Source: Lingula anatina
Lineage: Eukaryota; Animalia; Brachiopoda
Assembly: GCA_051362555.1 (NCBI GenBank)
Contig: CM120640.1
Location: 3,906,001 to 3,970,000 of the forward strand
DNA length: 64,000 bases
Reading direction: 5' to 3'
The notes beneath the pieces were generated by a model. It had not been told where the DNA came from. It did not search any database and was given only the letters and a program-made list of their open reading frames with translations. The position numbers and the translations under genes are program-made. Of this stretch, positions 38,977 to 52,600 are shown piece after piece (the first letter of the stretch is position 1; every line of letters starts with the position of its first letter).

Positions 38977-41379
38977 CATAGGGAATAGATATGGAATACG
39001 CGATCAAAATCCGTTACTTTACCTCTATAATTTTCATTGTTTTAAGTACTTTTATGTACTTCAGTTGCCAGTGTGTTCGATTTCTACCTAAATGCACTAT
39101 GTCACAGTAAAATAATGTTAGTAATTAGGTACACATCTTTATTTAAGTGGTTTTAGTAGCTTCTATATAAAAAAACTGTACTGGTAGAAAAACCTTTAAA
39201 TAAATTCTGCTTCAAGTGTAAAAGACCAAAATAATATGTGAAAGGAGTATTTGATTGTGATATGTAACAAATAACTGTTAGACAAAGTAAAAAGGTTTTT
39301 TACAACATCTTTTCCATCTTTCCCAGCGATAGGCCTATAGCTACTTTTGAGTCTTTATTGGAACTCATCGGCAAAAGCAGCAGTCCTCTCAAAGCTTTCT
39401 ATATATATAACATAACCTTCAAAGTCGCCAAAGAATGTCTGATCTGCAATAATCTCAGAACAAATCCAATAAGCCTAGGAAATTTCGTCATCTCATTCTT
39501 AACAAAACAGCACTTTAAAGCACCTAATGAGTCTTCTTATGATAGAAGTATCATAATCATGATGGGGCCACTACCTGACATATCTGCATGATATAATCCA
39601 ATTGACGTCAAACCACTGGGTGAAGTAAAGTTCGAAGGGCTAGGCATCCAATGACACTTTGGCTGATTTCAAAAATGTTTCTCGGCATATGAGTATCATT
39701 TGGTCTAAACACTGGGCTTCATCGTCATTTAGGCAATACTGTTAATGAAAAACACTTTTGTAGTGTCATTTGGGGTTCGCTTGCACAGCAAATCAAAAGA
39801 AGGCGATCGAACAACGAAGACTTTTCTTCATTTTTTCCCACGTAACAGCCATTTCAGTTTTCAATGACTGATTTTTTTTTCGAATTTCTCGCGCCTGGTA
39901 TTAGCTTGGTCGGTTGGTTGTACAAGGTAGTTATTCATAAAAAAACATGCATTTATTTCACGTACCTTTGCAATCACAATCAAGTGGACATAAAATTTTG
40001 CAACGTCCTTAAGCATCTGAACTCTGATTAAAAACAAAGCCTTACCGATACACGTAGTACTTTTAAAACCAAATAAAAAAATGTCAACAACCGGAAATGC
40101 TATTACGAATAAACAATTTTGAAATTAATACAATCACTATAAAGCGACATCTGGGATTTGTCACCTCATCTACCGTTGTATTATAGTCGATTTAACACAC
40201 GCAGCTGATGTAAAAGGCGAAGCTAAATTGCCAACCTTTGGTTAACACGCAGACTAATAAATATCAAAGATCAGAAATGTCTATAATGGATTTTGTCGCA
40301 GTTGCATACACTGTAGGACTGTCGCTGTTAGCTAAGTTTATCAATTTTGAATGCGCACAAAAAAGAAACCCTAGGGGGCCAGTAGTCGTACACGTACGCA
40401 CAAACAGTATATCTGAGGTCGCATAAAACCGACTGATGCTTGGTAATTACCATATTTGAAACCCCAAGAGCATCTGTTGATATTCCACGTTTTTTTTTTA
40501 AAGAACCAATCTATCGCATCAATTGATTGTTTATAATAAACAAGGTTTCAATGGCTTTCGCCAAATGATCCTCACAGTAACTTACTCAAAGTCATGGAGG
40601 ATCCAGCCAAAGCAAAGTAATCGATTCTACAGGTTAAAACCCTTTCCCAAAGAACATTCCGAACTTTCGACATTACGTATTATGGTGCTTAAAAGCAATT
40701 AAACCCTTCATATATTTTGCATAGACGAGTGCTTTTTTCGCTCAAACTCGCAATCACAAACAACTTGAGAAGTGATCTCCAACTCCCTGTAGCAATAATG
40801 CACCACGAGTCCCTTTCAGCCTTTGGGATACAGACAACAGGAGAAGGAAGATAGCAGATCATTATATCATCAATAAACGTTTAACCAGTGTTACAGTTCC
40901 GAGAGAGCAGTTAGCACGTATGAAATGCTTGTGAAATAGGATATAAACATGGTATTTGATGACGGAGGTTCTACAGTCTTCAGCAAGAGGTTGATGGAAA
41001 TTGTGCCAAAATTAGAAAGAAGACAATTTAAAGGCTATTGAGTATCTTGGTCAATTGTCTCTCATGAATCGGGTGTGCCTAGACTTATAGCCCACCCTCC
41101 AATGGATCCATACAGGTATAGGTTTGCGTGACGTAACTGGGTCAAAAGCTAAGACAGGAAAACACATATACGGCGAAGCTTGCAAAAGTTGTCCGGCGAG
41201 AAAGAATTCACAATACTTCGTACAGAGACTAATACTTAAATAAACCACAAAATTGGAAAAGATTACTACCAGTAAACTAAAACAAAATAGTGTACTGCTT
41301 TGATATAATTTAATATGTAACCATAGTACAATACAGTACAATATAAATGGGTTAAAGAGAACATCGGAAGCCATGAATG

Positions 41380-41930
41380 CTAAACACTTCAAAATGTGCC
41401 AATAACTTTGAAAAATAACCCATCATGCTGATTTTCAAACTTAACCAAACAAATCCTACTAGCAAATACAATAAAACTAAAATATGGCGTAGCGCTTATG
41501 GGGAAAACGTCGCAAAAGACATGCAAAAAAGCTTCCTACTAGATTAAAAGTAAAACAGAAATACAGATTGGCACTTTCTGGGTGTATGTCGTCTACGAAT
41601 TTTGTGAAAATGACCTAATCTTGTTGATTTTTAAACCAAACCCACTTTTATCAGAGGGAAAAGCTCCCAAGTATAGATTAAGTAAAACAAAAATACAGTT
41701 TGTAAATTGGCACGTATGGGGTAAATGTCGCAAAAGTGCATGAAAAAATAAATGAATAATTCGATCATGCTGATTTTCAAACTCAGCCTGCAATTACCAA
41801 ACACTGTCCCTGAGTAAACTTAAAGAAAAGAGTTTGAGTTTTATGGGGAAAACAAATGTGTCGGACGGCGACAACGACGGCGACGATAAGTGTAGACCCA
41901 GGTAAACAGAATATGTAAAGACATCTACAG
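41380..41930 (-). mobile_element. Degenerate HINE fragment related to the TMEM50-intron element
   Basis: catgctgattttcaaact (two copies) is the reverse complement of the core-repeat motif agttcgaaaatcagcatg. A (gacggc/gacgac) microsatellite lies at ~41865-41887. Confidence 0.6.
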
Positions 41931-42186
41931 TGACTGTATAAAGAAAGGAAACGGCTATGATGGCTGGTCTATTGTTGTGTTGATGACCAAAGACCGTTTA
42001 AATTGATTCAATTTTATCCAGGTTCATATAACTTGTCTACAGGTGAACTGCTGTCAATTTGGACAATAAAAACACTTCGATCTGCATTTAGATGGCAGGC
42101 AGGAAAACCCAAGTTTACGTACAGTGATCACTTTAATATCACTTACACTCAGATATCATTTAAAAATAGAGAGTGAGAAAAATTGC

Positions 42187-42193
42187 AAAAAAA

Positions 42194-42284
<91 letters not shown>

Positions 42285-42333
42285 AAAAATAAATAATAAT
42301 AATAATAATGATAATAAATGATAATAATAAATA
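42187..42333. repeat. Poly-A + (AT)n + (AAT)n compound microsatellite
   Basis: An A run, ~34 AT units, then AAT repeats. Confidence 0.9.
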
Positions 42334-44860
42334 AAGTAGCTTTGTATCTGCTCACTTTGGCAAAAGGTACACTAACACTGTAATGGCAAAGAGGGGGGAC
42401 ATCACAAAACAGTCTTTTTTGATCTTGCTTTTGATTCCTTCCACTTTTAAAGCCGTATAATCTTAATCATTCATGCAAGGCCGCATCAAGATTAAGTTTC
42501 GACTTCCGATCTGTCCACCCGAGTTATCATCTCCTCTTGCTATAATTAAGCCCGTGAACGTGAATCTTGAAACATTTTTACAACTAATTAGTTTTAAACG
42601 TTTTAAGTCAAATAAATGCTGTCATTAAAAAGGCTTTACTTTTTATACAAAAAGGTCAAATATATTCCCGTGAAATAGTAAACATTAAAAAGGTCGACTA
42701 AGTAAGGAAATTCTTTTAAATTCCCTTTGAATCGTGACTCTACTCCGCGAATTGTCTTTCAATTTGGAAGTAAACGCTTCTTTAACGGCTGAAACAAATG
42801 ATTCTCGTGTTGGTATAATTGAAAGAAACACGACTCGCTTCATTTAAAGGGAAGTGGTTGTATCCGCTGTGCAGTGGTTTTTCGTAAAAAGGCAATTTTT
42901 ATGTATTCCATAGTGTAAATTAAATAGTCAGAACTAGCAGCAATTACAATATGTATTTAATGCAATTTTTCCATTCCTTAACGTGAGGTTCTAACACGTG
43001 CTTCCATAGATAATTAAAGATGATGTGACGGTTAACTGGAGTGGCGCAGATGGAGATGAGCTCACTTAATAACTCTGTATCTCATGCAACACCAGAAACT
43101 GCGTTTTTCAGATAAAAAAGTGTACTTCGTGAGCGTCTTAATGGAAATGCAACTGAGCCCCTTGATAACCGAAAGATTGCAGGAAATGAGAGTCACGACT
43201 TCGACACCTAAACGGCGATAGCTGGATCATTTGTATTGTAATGCAGGCTGTTAACAGTAAGCGGAGACAAAATGAGGGGGGAAGGTGGTGATGAGGCTGT
43301 AAAAGCGCACACTTAACTGGGCTCGCATATCCATAAACACTACTAATAAGACACTTTTAAGTTGAGCGTCAATAAGCCATGGCAGTATTTCCAGGAAGAA
43401 CTTGTCATCTTTCTGAAACGCTTTGTGAAATGGACTTTGTAACTTCTGACGTTCTAATAAATGGTATAATATTGATCTTTGATGGTAAACGCATTTGAAA
43501 GTGGACCCATTCTAATGTTTAACTCCCGAGTACAATTGTTTTTACTTGCCAACGCGGTTCGTTACATGCGGTCCATTACAGAAAACCGAACAAGTCTGCT
43601 TGAAGGAGATAAAAGCAGAACATCAGAAGCTCCCATCCTATGTATGATGAAAGTACAGCGTATCACCAACCTGCGCTGACAGCTATATAATAGGTGTATT
43701 TATATCAAAATACCATCAGTACAAGTCTTAAGTTAATGCATTTTTTATCTACTTGGTGCGTTGGCAGCCAGTTTGCACACACATCACACATATACTTGAA
43801 ATTATTCCTTCTCATTTGCATTGCACATAGTATGAAGGAAAAAGCTTGATATTAAATAAAACGCAACACACAAATCAAGATATTTAAGAGAAACAATTAC
43901 AGCTATGATCTTTTAATGTTAACTCGTGTAGCTGATGCAAGGTAGTTTGGCACATCTTGGATTTTCTTACTTTTTATGTTGCAAAATAAATAAATAAATA
44001 AATTAGTGAGTTAATAAATTAATAAACAATAGAATAATCAGAGGAGAGTGGTACATTTTCTTTTCAAAGTATGTTTTATTTATTTTTTTTTCGACAACAA
44101 TCCCAATCCTCTTGTACTCTGACATAAGGCCTGATGCCGGTGTGGCCAGAGCGCACGATCAACCCTGGAGACTCAAAGTAGCTTTTATTTTCTTACCAAT
44201 ACTTAGTGATACATCTTATAACCATCAGAAATAGATTTTGCATTAGCACTTGGTAAGTGCTATTTCTCCCAGTGGAGTTAGGTCATAAAGTTGCGTTGTT
44301 GTTTTTTTATTTTATCAAGAGATCACAGCAAGTGCTTGTGTACTACAAGTAGAAAATGGGAGATCTGACTTGGCAATTCTATGATACTAAGGACCAGTGC
44401 ATCTGCACGCCAATTATCAATCAATATAAAAATAGCACACACAAAAGTAGCCATCTTTGACTCAGATGACATTTGGCATCCATGCAATCATTACAGATAG
44501 ATTTATGTCAATAACACTCAACTTTAGAGAGAAAACTTAAAAGTGGATTTCTTTGATCTATTTTAATGTTTAGGGCATAATATAATGTACGTTGTATTGC
44601 TCTGAATGTACTGAATTTCAATGTTACAAATGTGCCAAGTGTGGATTTTATGAAGGGGGGAGGGGTGATAATTCAAATATTCTAATTAGTAAAATGTGCA
44701 ACTTTGTTTCTGATTAAATATCAGACTTTGTGATAATAAGTCCAGGCCCTTTATCATTTTCTTTAGTTTCTTGAATACTGTCTGTTTTCAGAGGTTTGGC
44801 TCTCAAACTGAAGTCAACGGTCTAAACTCCCGACTCCTTGTCCGTGTATCAGTGTGTATG

Positions 44861-47800
44861 TCACTCTGCTGTGGTGAATTCACGTAGAGAGTTGCGAGCT
44901 ACAGGAACACCTCTCATTGTCTGACCTTCTGCACTTGTAACCTGATAAAGATTAAAAATATCATTTGACTCAGACCTTTTCCTTGTTAGCGGATATGAGG
45001 TAATTTTTATGAAACACTTTGAAGTAGTCAGTTCACAGGCAGATTAATTAGAACATAAATATGAAAAATAAAAATAACACTGGCTTTTCAGTCTAGAACT
45101 TCAATCATCTGTGTTTTATCTTTTAATGGTTGATTAAGAATAGAAATTCCATAATAAGAAAATATTACACAACAGCCAAGACATCAATTACTGCACATCA
45201 CGATTCATTGATACATAGATCCCATGTGAGCAATTTTTAGATGTGAGCCTGGGTTTCATCTTCATGAATGATAACAATATAAACAAATGCATAAATGTGT
45301 GCCAAACACATAGTGGAACCACAGGCATGAAAAAGAAAAAAATCTCAAAAACCTCTTTCTCACCAGTATGAAGAAAGTGAAGCTGCTTAAACAATATGTA
45401 AAATTATGTTAATATTTCCTATTTCAAATATTATGTTTTTGATGTAAATTAATCCCCTGACCACTTTAAACAAATATAATTGTAATAGTGCAGGGGAGGA
45501 ATTTAAATTTTTCATTTTTGTTGCAAAATGATAATAGTCTCTACGAGGATGAACAGCAAGGTTTTATGATGACTTTAAATGGTTTCTTCTCACTGAGAAC
45601 TTTGTTAACTTCTGCCAATTTAATAGTCAAGATCTGAGTTTGGTTTACAATATGAGTTATATAACAAACTTATTTCACTCAGTTGTGTTTATATATTATA
45701 TCTCTTGATTCAGAGACTATTTACTATAGGCAACGATTTGATCTGAATTAATTTACATCCTTTTATGTGTTGTACATAAAAGATTCAAGTTATAGCTTCA
45801 CTGTAAAGCAATTGCAATGTTTCTTTAAAGCATGATAGAAATATTGTATACCTTCACAATAACATAATCACCAGGTTTCAAGGGACTTGAACTAGCTGCA
45901 TCTTGGTCACTGTTCCCAGGTAAAGAGCACTGGGGAAAAACAACCTTAATACCTCCATCATTTCTACCAACCAGGTCAGCAGACGACTTTTTGCTGTCCT
46001 GAAAAATCAATCAAAGAAATGGCTGAACATCACTTGTAAATTAAGGGTCATCTAAAAGGTTCACATTTTTTTCTAAAATGAAAATTTCATAAAACAAATC
46101 AGGGTGGTTAAAGACAAAATTTAAAGAACTGAACTAAATAATCACTGCTATTATCACTAGAGCCACAATCGTCACCTTGAATGGTAAAAGAATCTTAATA
46201 TCACACACAAGGCTTTTTTAATCTTCTATCAATATGAAAAATAAAACACAATCAACATAAGTTCCAAATCTAGAGCAATGTTAGCATGTATACAGCTGAC
46301 AGACTTGAGCACTGACAAGAACAGTTTGTGTGTCTCTATTTTAAAACTCCTGCTGGTTAATAACCCAGGTGAACATGTTCACCAACATGAGCATTGGAAT
46401 GAACACAATAACTGATGTTCCAATGTAAATTGAAAAGAACTGACATTATGGTATATTAATAAAAAAAATTAAGAAATGCTACATTTGAAGTAAAAATGCA
46501 ATAACAGTTGGAATTACTGTCAGTGCTAATTAATGGATGATTCCAGATGTAAGATTTTAGTGTCTAGGGGGGATTCATGCTCTGTTATCAGACTTGATTT
46601 CATGTTCCAAGGGAGAAGTAGGAAGAAAGACAAAAACTGAAAATCTCAATATCCATCAGCATAGGATTTATAAAAAATAAGATCAGAAATTTTTTGGCAA
46701 TTAAATGTTCCTCAATTTCATATTTTTCCAACAATAGAATGAAACTAGAAAAGATCACCAAGGCATACAAATCAATTAATCAATGCATCAACTCCAAAGT
46801 CTATTCAATTCTCAGTTAGCAGTTTCAGGCCCATCCTGAATGTCATATCATATCATATCAATATTTTTAGTTTGAGTTTAGGCTGCTATCTAAAAACCCA
46901 AAAAAAGCAAAACACATACCCTCCTTTGGAGGTAATACATGATACTTTTTTCTTGTGTGGAACTTTCACCCTTTTGCTATAAAAATAATAAAATAACTAT
47001 CTCAAAGGCAGCATCAGCTGACCTTGGCAGAGATAATAAGTACTTCCTAGTTCTTCTGTGAATCTATCATTAATTGGTCCTTTCTCAAATCACCTAAGGT
47101 CATCACATAAATTTTCTTCCAATTCCCACATGCTTGGGAACTGAATAATGCATAGCAAGTATGTTTTCAAATTAATCTAGAGAATAATAAAATAATGAAA
47201 ACCAAAGCAAGTCAAAACAAATCAGTAATGGGGGTCAACTGAAAATCTCTCAATGAAAATGATGCAGTTGAACTGTTGTTGTCATAATGACCAATGGCGC
47301 TGACTTAGACATTGTCACTGACCTGTCTTCATAGACATTCAGCGTGTTTGCATGGATGGGAGCAGATTGAGAATGTTAATAAAGGGTGAAAGTCTATGAA
47401 CTATAAACTAGACTTCCTATCAACATTTTCATACAAAATACAAAAACTTTTGAAACTTGCTCTCCTAAATGAAAAGAAAATATCTTCAACAAGCAGGAAA
47501 ACTCCCACCCTAAAATATGTTTATTATCAGTCATCATAATCATCATCACTAACATTATTATTATATACATATAAATAAATAGCCATGCTTATCTGAATCA
47601 AAAGTGAATATTGCACAATGGCTTTTGTACCAACACAACTGTTTTCACATCCAGAACTTTTTTTAACATGCTGCTGATCAGAGAACAAAAGCTCAACAGC
47701 TTTATTCATTTATCCATGCTTCCTAATTTATAGAGAAAAAAATCTGATCATGAACAAAGCTGACATCTTACCAATCAAATGATATGCAATTGGACAAAAC

Positions 47801-49619
47801 TGCTAGTGATGAATATGCATGTATTACCTCAAAATGATGCCACTCAGTGTATCTAAATGAGCTCACACTGAAGATACATATTCAAGAAATGGAAAATACG
47901 TATAATCCAAGGTGACAACATATATTTGTATTGGCTCATTCAATAATACTCCGTTTTAATCTAAGTGCAGATACAAGTAAATAATGACTGATTCATTTTT
48001 GTAGAGTCCTCCTAACATGACACAGCCAGACAGACAGACACACAGACAGACAGCCAGTCAGAAAGACAGACCCACAGACAGCCAGACAGACACAGACACA
48101 CAAATAAATACCCTTGGTCAAACTGAAATCATTTACAGTCAAAATATAGTTGTCTTGGTTTTTTCTTTTTAGTATTATCATAATGATTTTTCTTGCTTAA
48201 AATGAAATTTCTGTTAAACAGCAGAAATATTCCTCTAAAAATCAAAGAATACTCCACATGATTGATGATACCAATCAAGCATCATACACTGCAGCCGTCA
48301 GATTTGATAAATTTTCCACGAAATTTGCCTGCCTTCTGTCATTTATATTTAATATTCTGCTATAAATTAAGGACATAATTCACGGGAAGCAGTGTAAAGT
48401 TTTTGATGAAAACTCCATCATTGTATCTTGTTTCTAACAAGCTCAGCCTAAATAGAATCCATCCATCCTTATAACCACTGATACAGCATATCACAAAATT
48501 GACATCACCAGCAACAAAGACTGTAAGCAACAGAACTGAGAAACTGATGAGATCTGATTTCAGGAACTCTTTGGGAATTTTTCTTTCCTGTTATAAAAAC
48601 CTCATCCACCATGCAAACAGGCCGTTAAGCAAATCAAGTATTTTGGAAATGGTATGATTCTCCAGAGTGATCTAATACCCAGCATCTTAGATAGAGCCTA
48701 AAATAAGGCAAATAACAGTGTGTGATGTTTTACAAGAATAGAAAAAGTATGAGGATCCATGTGAATTGGGGGTTACTTTTGGGCTATAAGAGTCAAACTC
48801 TACCTGCTGGGACTGTTGTGCAATAGACTATGATTGAGCATAAGAGAAAAAATACCATTTTCCGTGCTCAAATTCCATCAACTTAAATTCAATACCACTC
48901 TCACGGGTCCCAGCAATTTAAAGTGCAGAACTGGCTTGATAAACAGCTTTACATTCACTAAAGCAAAACACTATATCTGTCATGTGGTATCTCTGTTAAA
49001 TATTACATAACTATAATCTTCACTTGTCAGAATGTATTGATCATTCAATCCAAGACAGCTAATACAGATCACTTGTTGACTGAGAGGTTTTTTCTCCCAT
49101 CAGTCACCACACGTTTCTTCCAGCAGTCCCTACAGTCAACTGCTTCTTTCTTGCAGTGTACTCTTAACAAGGACAAGACACATTGTCTTAATTCAATCAC
49201 TTAGAAGTCACCAATCCTGCTGCAGGTGGCTCCTAAGCCAGAAACACCATTCATGCACAAAGGGTAAGGTGTATATACGTGTTGTTGAAGCATCAGCCAT
49301 TCAACCCAGCCCAGATTTACCCGGACTCTAGTCTAGTTAGACACTGGCTCCTAAAATCTGATCACCATCTCAAAATTCACACTTGCCAATCAGCACCAAT
49401 AAATATGAAATAAACCTGAGCATCTTCCTTTGAACATACTACTTCATAGTGAAATAATTGATTTGCAATTTATGACCTGACAAAACATGTCCCCCAGCGA
49501 CCCAGCACTGAATGGTGTTATTATGGTAAGAAAAATCCAACCGTGACATGAGCCTATTCTAGAAAACACATTTTTGATATATGGAAATTGTTTTCTTCTG
49601 ATGTAGTAAATTGCATTTT

Positions 49620-49662
<43 letters not shown>

Positions 49663-52600
49663 ATAATAATAATAAATAAATAATAAACAGCTTTTTAGGA
49701 AATTCATTTATAAGAATCTGACAGACTGACAAAGTATACCTTAAAATATCTCAAATTATACAAAAAAAAAAAAATTCCTTGGTTAAAATAATGAATCAAT
49801 TTGGGCATTATCAATTTCACCCAACTTCTAATTAGCATGGGTGACCAGAGTTCTAATTAAGTGTCACCCAATGACTGATCAATCAGTGGGGGGCTGAAGG
49901 TCAACAGACAAGGGAATGGCTTAAAATGGACACTTTAATAAGATATATTAATTACAGATTGAAAAAACAATCATTCATTATCATCCCTTTTCCTCCACCT
50001 GGGAGCATATATTCATCACTGACAAAATGTACTTGTTGAAGTTCTGGTTGTGTTCAACGTTAAAGTATTATTTATAAAATACTTCGGAAGAAATAAACAG
50101 GATGTTACAAATTTCATCAAAAATGCATGATGCTTGTGGGAAGCTACATGTAACAGGCTACTGTTCAACATTCTGACAGAAATCCAATATGACTACTGAA
50201 ATATCACTCAAAAAACAATCACTACTGTCTGGCTGAATAGCATACATGTGAGAGAGTTTCCAACTCAAGCTGACGAGCAATGCATTCAACATGGAAATAT
50301 CGGGATCAATAATGGAAAGGTATACACTATTGACTCTATGCTCCAGACAGCACCTATCACTTATTTGTCATCACTCATCCATTATTTCAGCAATGTAACT
50401 AACATAGAAAGAAAACTAACAACAAAAAAAAAGACAGCCGAATGGAAAATATCAAATAGCAAGAGTTATTTATCAAAAAAACAGGATTTTGACAAGACTG
50501 ATGCATGAAGAGATTTGCCTGACAGAGGACAATATATAACACATGACACCTAGCTCTATCAACAAACTAATTAATGCACAATATATGAATGGTAAACATG
50601 GAACCTTGGAATATCCCATGCCCACTACAATAGTACTTTATGTTAATCTTACTATTTATTTCATCTTTATGTCAAAAACCTCAAAATAAATGAAATATTT
50701 GATGTTTTATGGGGATATTAACAAAAAAACTAGTAAAAAGCAAACAACAAAATGTAATTTGAATATTACAACTGACAAGAAATGTCAAAATTCATTTCTG
50801 CAGACAAGCAATGGGAAAGACATGGAAGGAAATCTTCAGAATTTATTCCTTTTTTATTATTCTACCTACCCCATCGATAAGGACCAATTGCAACTTCCCA
50901 ATTTCACTTTTTCTCTTCATTCCCATCTCTTTTCTTGCTGTATCTAAAATTTCTTCCATTCTCCTCTGCTTTACTATTTGTGGAACATCATCTTGTAACC
51001 AATGGAATGCCTTGGTTTTCTTAAATAAGAGAGATAACAAGTAGGTTTACAAAAATATACACAGTCTTATCAGGCAGTCTTCCTTCTTTTTTTCCCCACA
51101 AGGTAATTTAAAATGTTTACATAATGGCAGCATATTAAAAGTTTATGATTGGTTTAAAGGTAAAAAAATGCAAGTGTCATCAGGGCCTATTTATCTTTCA
51201 TTGCAATGCAATATACTTATTCTTTTTCCATATTTCACATAAATAATAAAACATGTAATCAGTTCTTCAAGTAAATCGCAACTACTCAATAAAATATTTC
51301 AGCAATGTAGCTGTACTGGTATGCTAAGACAGGTTTTACCTGCTAATTAGGCTATAGGGGACTTCACTCCCTTGCACAAGTTGTCCACAAGTTACCTTCT
51401 TGTTGTTTATGCAGAAGTTAGTTTATTGGCATATTAGGGCCTTCCATAATAGCCAGCTATTTAGTTACCAATATACCTAATGTATCTATCCTTCAAACTG
51501 ATCAACACACACCTGTCTCATACTGTACGGGAATGCCCACACAAAGTCATACTTGGCCAGCCTGAGGAGTGACAAAGTATCTTCATGGGCTTCTTCAGTC
51601 TCTCCACAAAAACCAGCTATGAAATCACTGGTCAGTGAGACACCTACAATCACAAAGAAAGGTAAGAGAAACAACATTCTTTACAATGTATTTCTCTATA
51701 TGGCACCTAACCCTCCTCCATAACCACAGGTGTTAATGTATAACTCTGTAATGTCAAAAATCCATAATTCTTGATAGAATAAAATTCTGGATGATATGTA
51801 AGTCAAATTAGTAAAAATCATCCCTGAACAGGCCCTGCCCTGCCATGATAAATTAGTCAGATTCATATTCAGTAATGAAGGATATGGAAGTTTTTCCCTT
51901 TCGCAAAGACAAAATAATTTTTTAAAATGTCTCAAGAGCAGAATCAACTAACCTGGTAAGACCTCCTGAATGTGGTGTAACAGTTGTATATATGCCTCAC
52001 GTGTGTAGCCTCTCCTCATGGCAGCTAACACATCAGAGTTCCCGCTCTGTGCAGGCAAATGTATCTGCTTACATATATTAGGCCTGTCCCGTATCAGATA
52101 GAGCACCTGAACAAAAGAAAGTAAGTTTCAAAAACTTCTATGTAATCTTATTAGGTTACAAAAATCAATCCTATTTATATCTTCTTAAATAATCTTTTCA
52201 CACTTTACATAAAACAAAAGGCTCAAATTGTTGTAATATTTCAACACAAGATATAAAAATAAAGCATGAGAGTGTCTTAAACTCTTAATCTGCATTAAGC
52301 ACTGTTACTATATATTGATGTAACATTGTACTTCATCTGGGAAGTCCTTAGGATGTGGTGACGTAAACCGTATTCTCATGTCAGGATCCACCAGAGAAGC
52401 CCTGTCCAGCAGGTCACTGAACCTCTTGCCACCATGTTTGGGCCTGTAGACCGTCTCAAACCCCTCACTCATCACTGTGGGCCTGTCACCACCAATACCC
52501 CCAAAATGCTGAGATTCAGAAAGGTCTCTGTAACTGTTCACATTCTGACCAAGTAGCATGACTTCTTTTACACCCTAAAAATGCACACAATTGATAATTA

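Noticed and set aside
44110-44180. GC-richer island downstream of CDK5RAP1, possible small RNA
   Set aside because: No tRNA, snRNA or snoRNA boxes or convincing fold were recognised.
44820-44863. CDK5RAP1 TGA followed by a second in-frame TGA (possible selenocysteine or readthrough)
   Set aside because: The protein is already complete after the TRAM domain, and I could not recognise a SECIS element or conserved extension.
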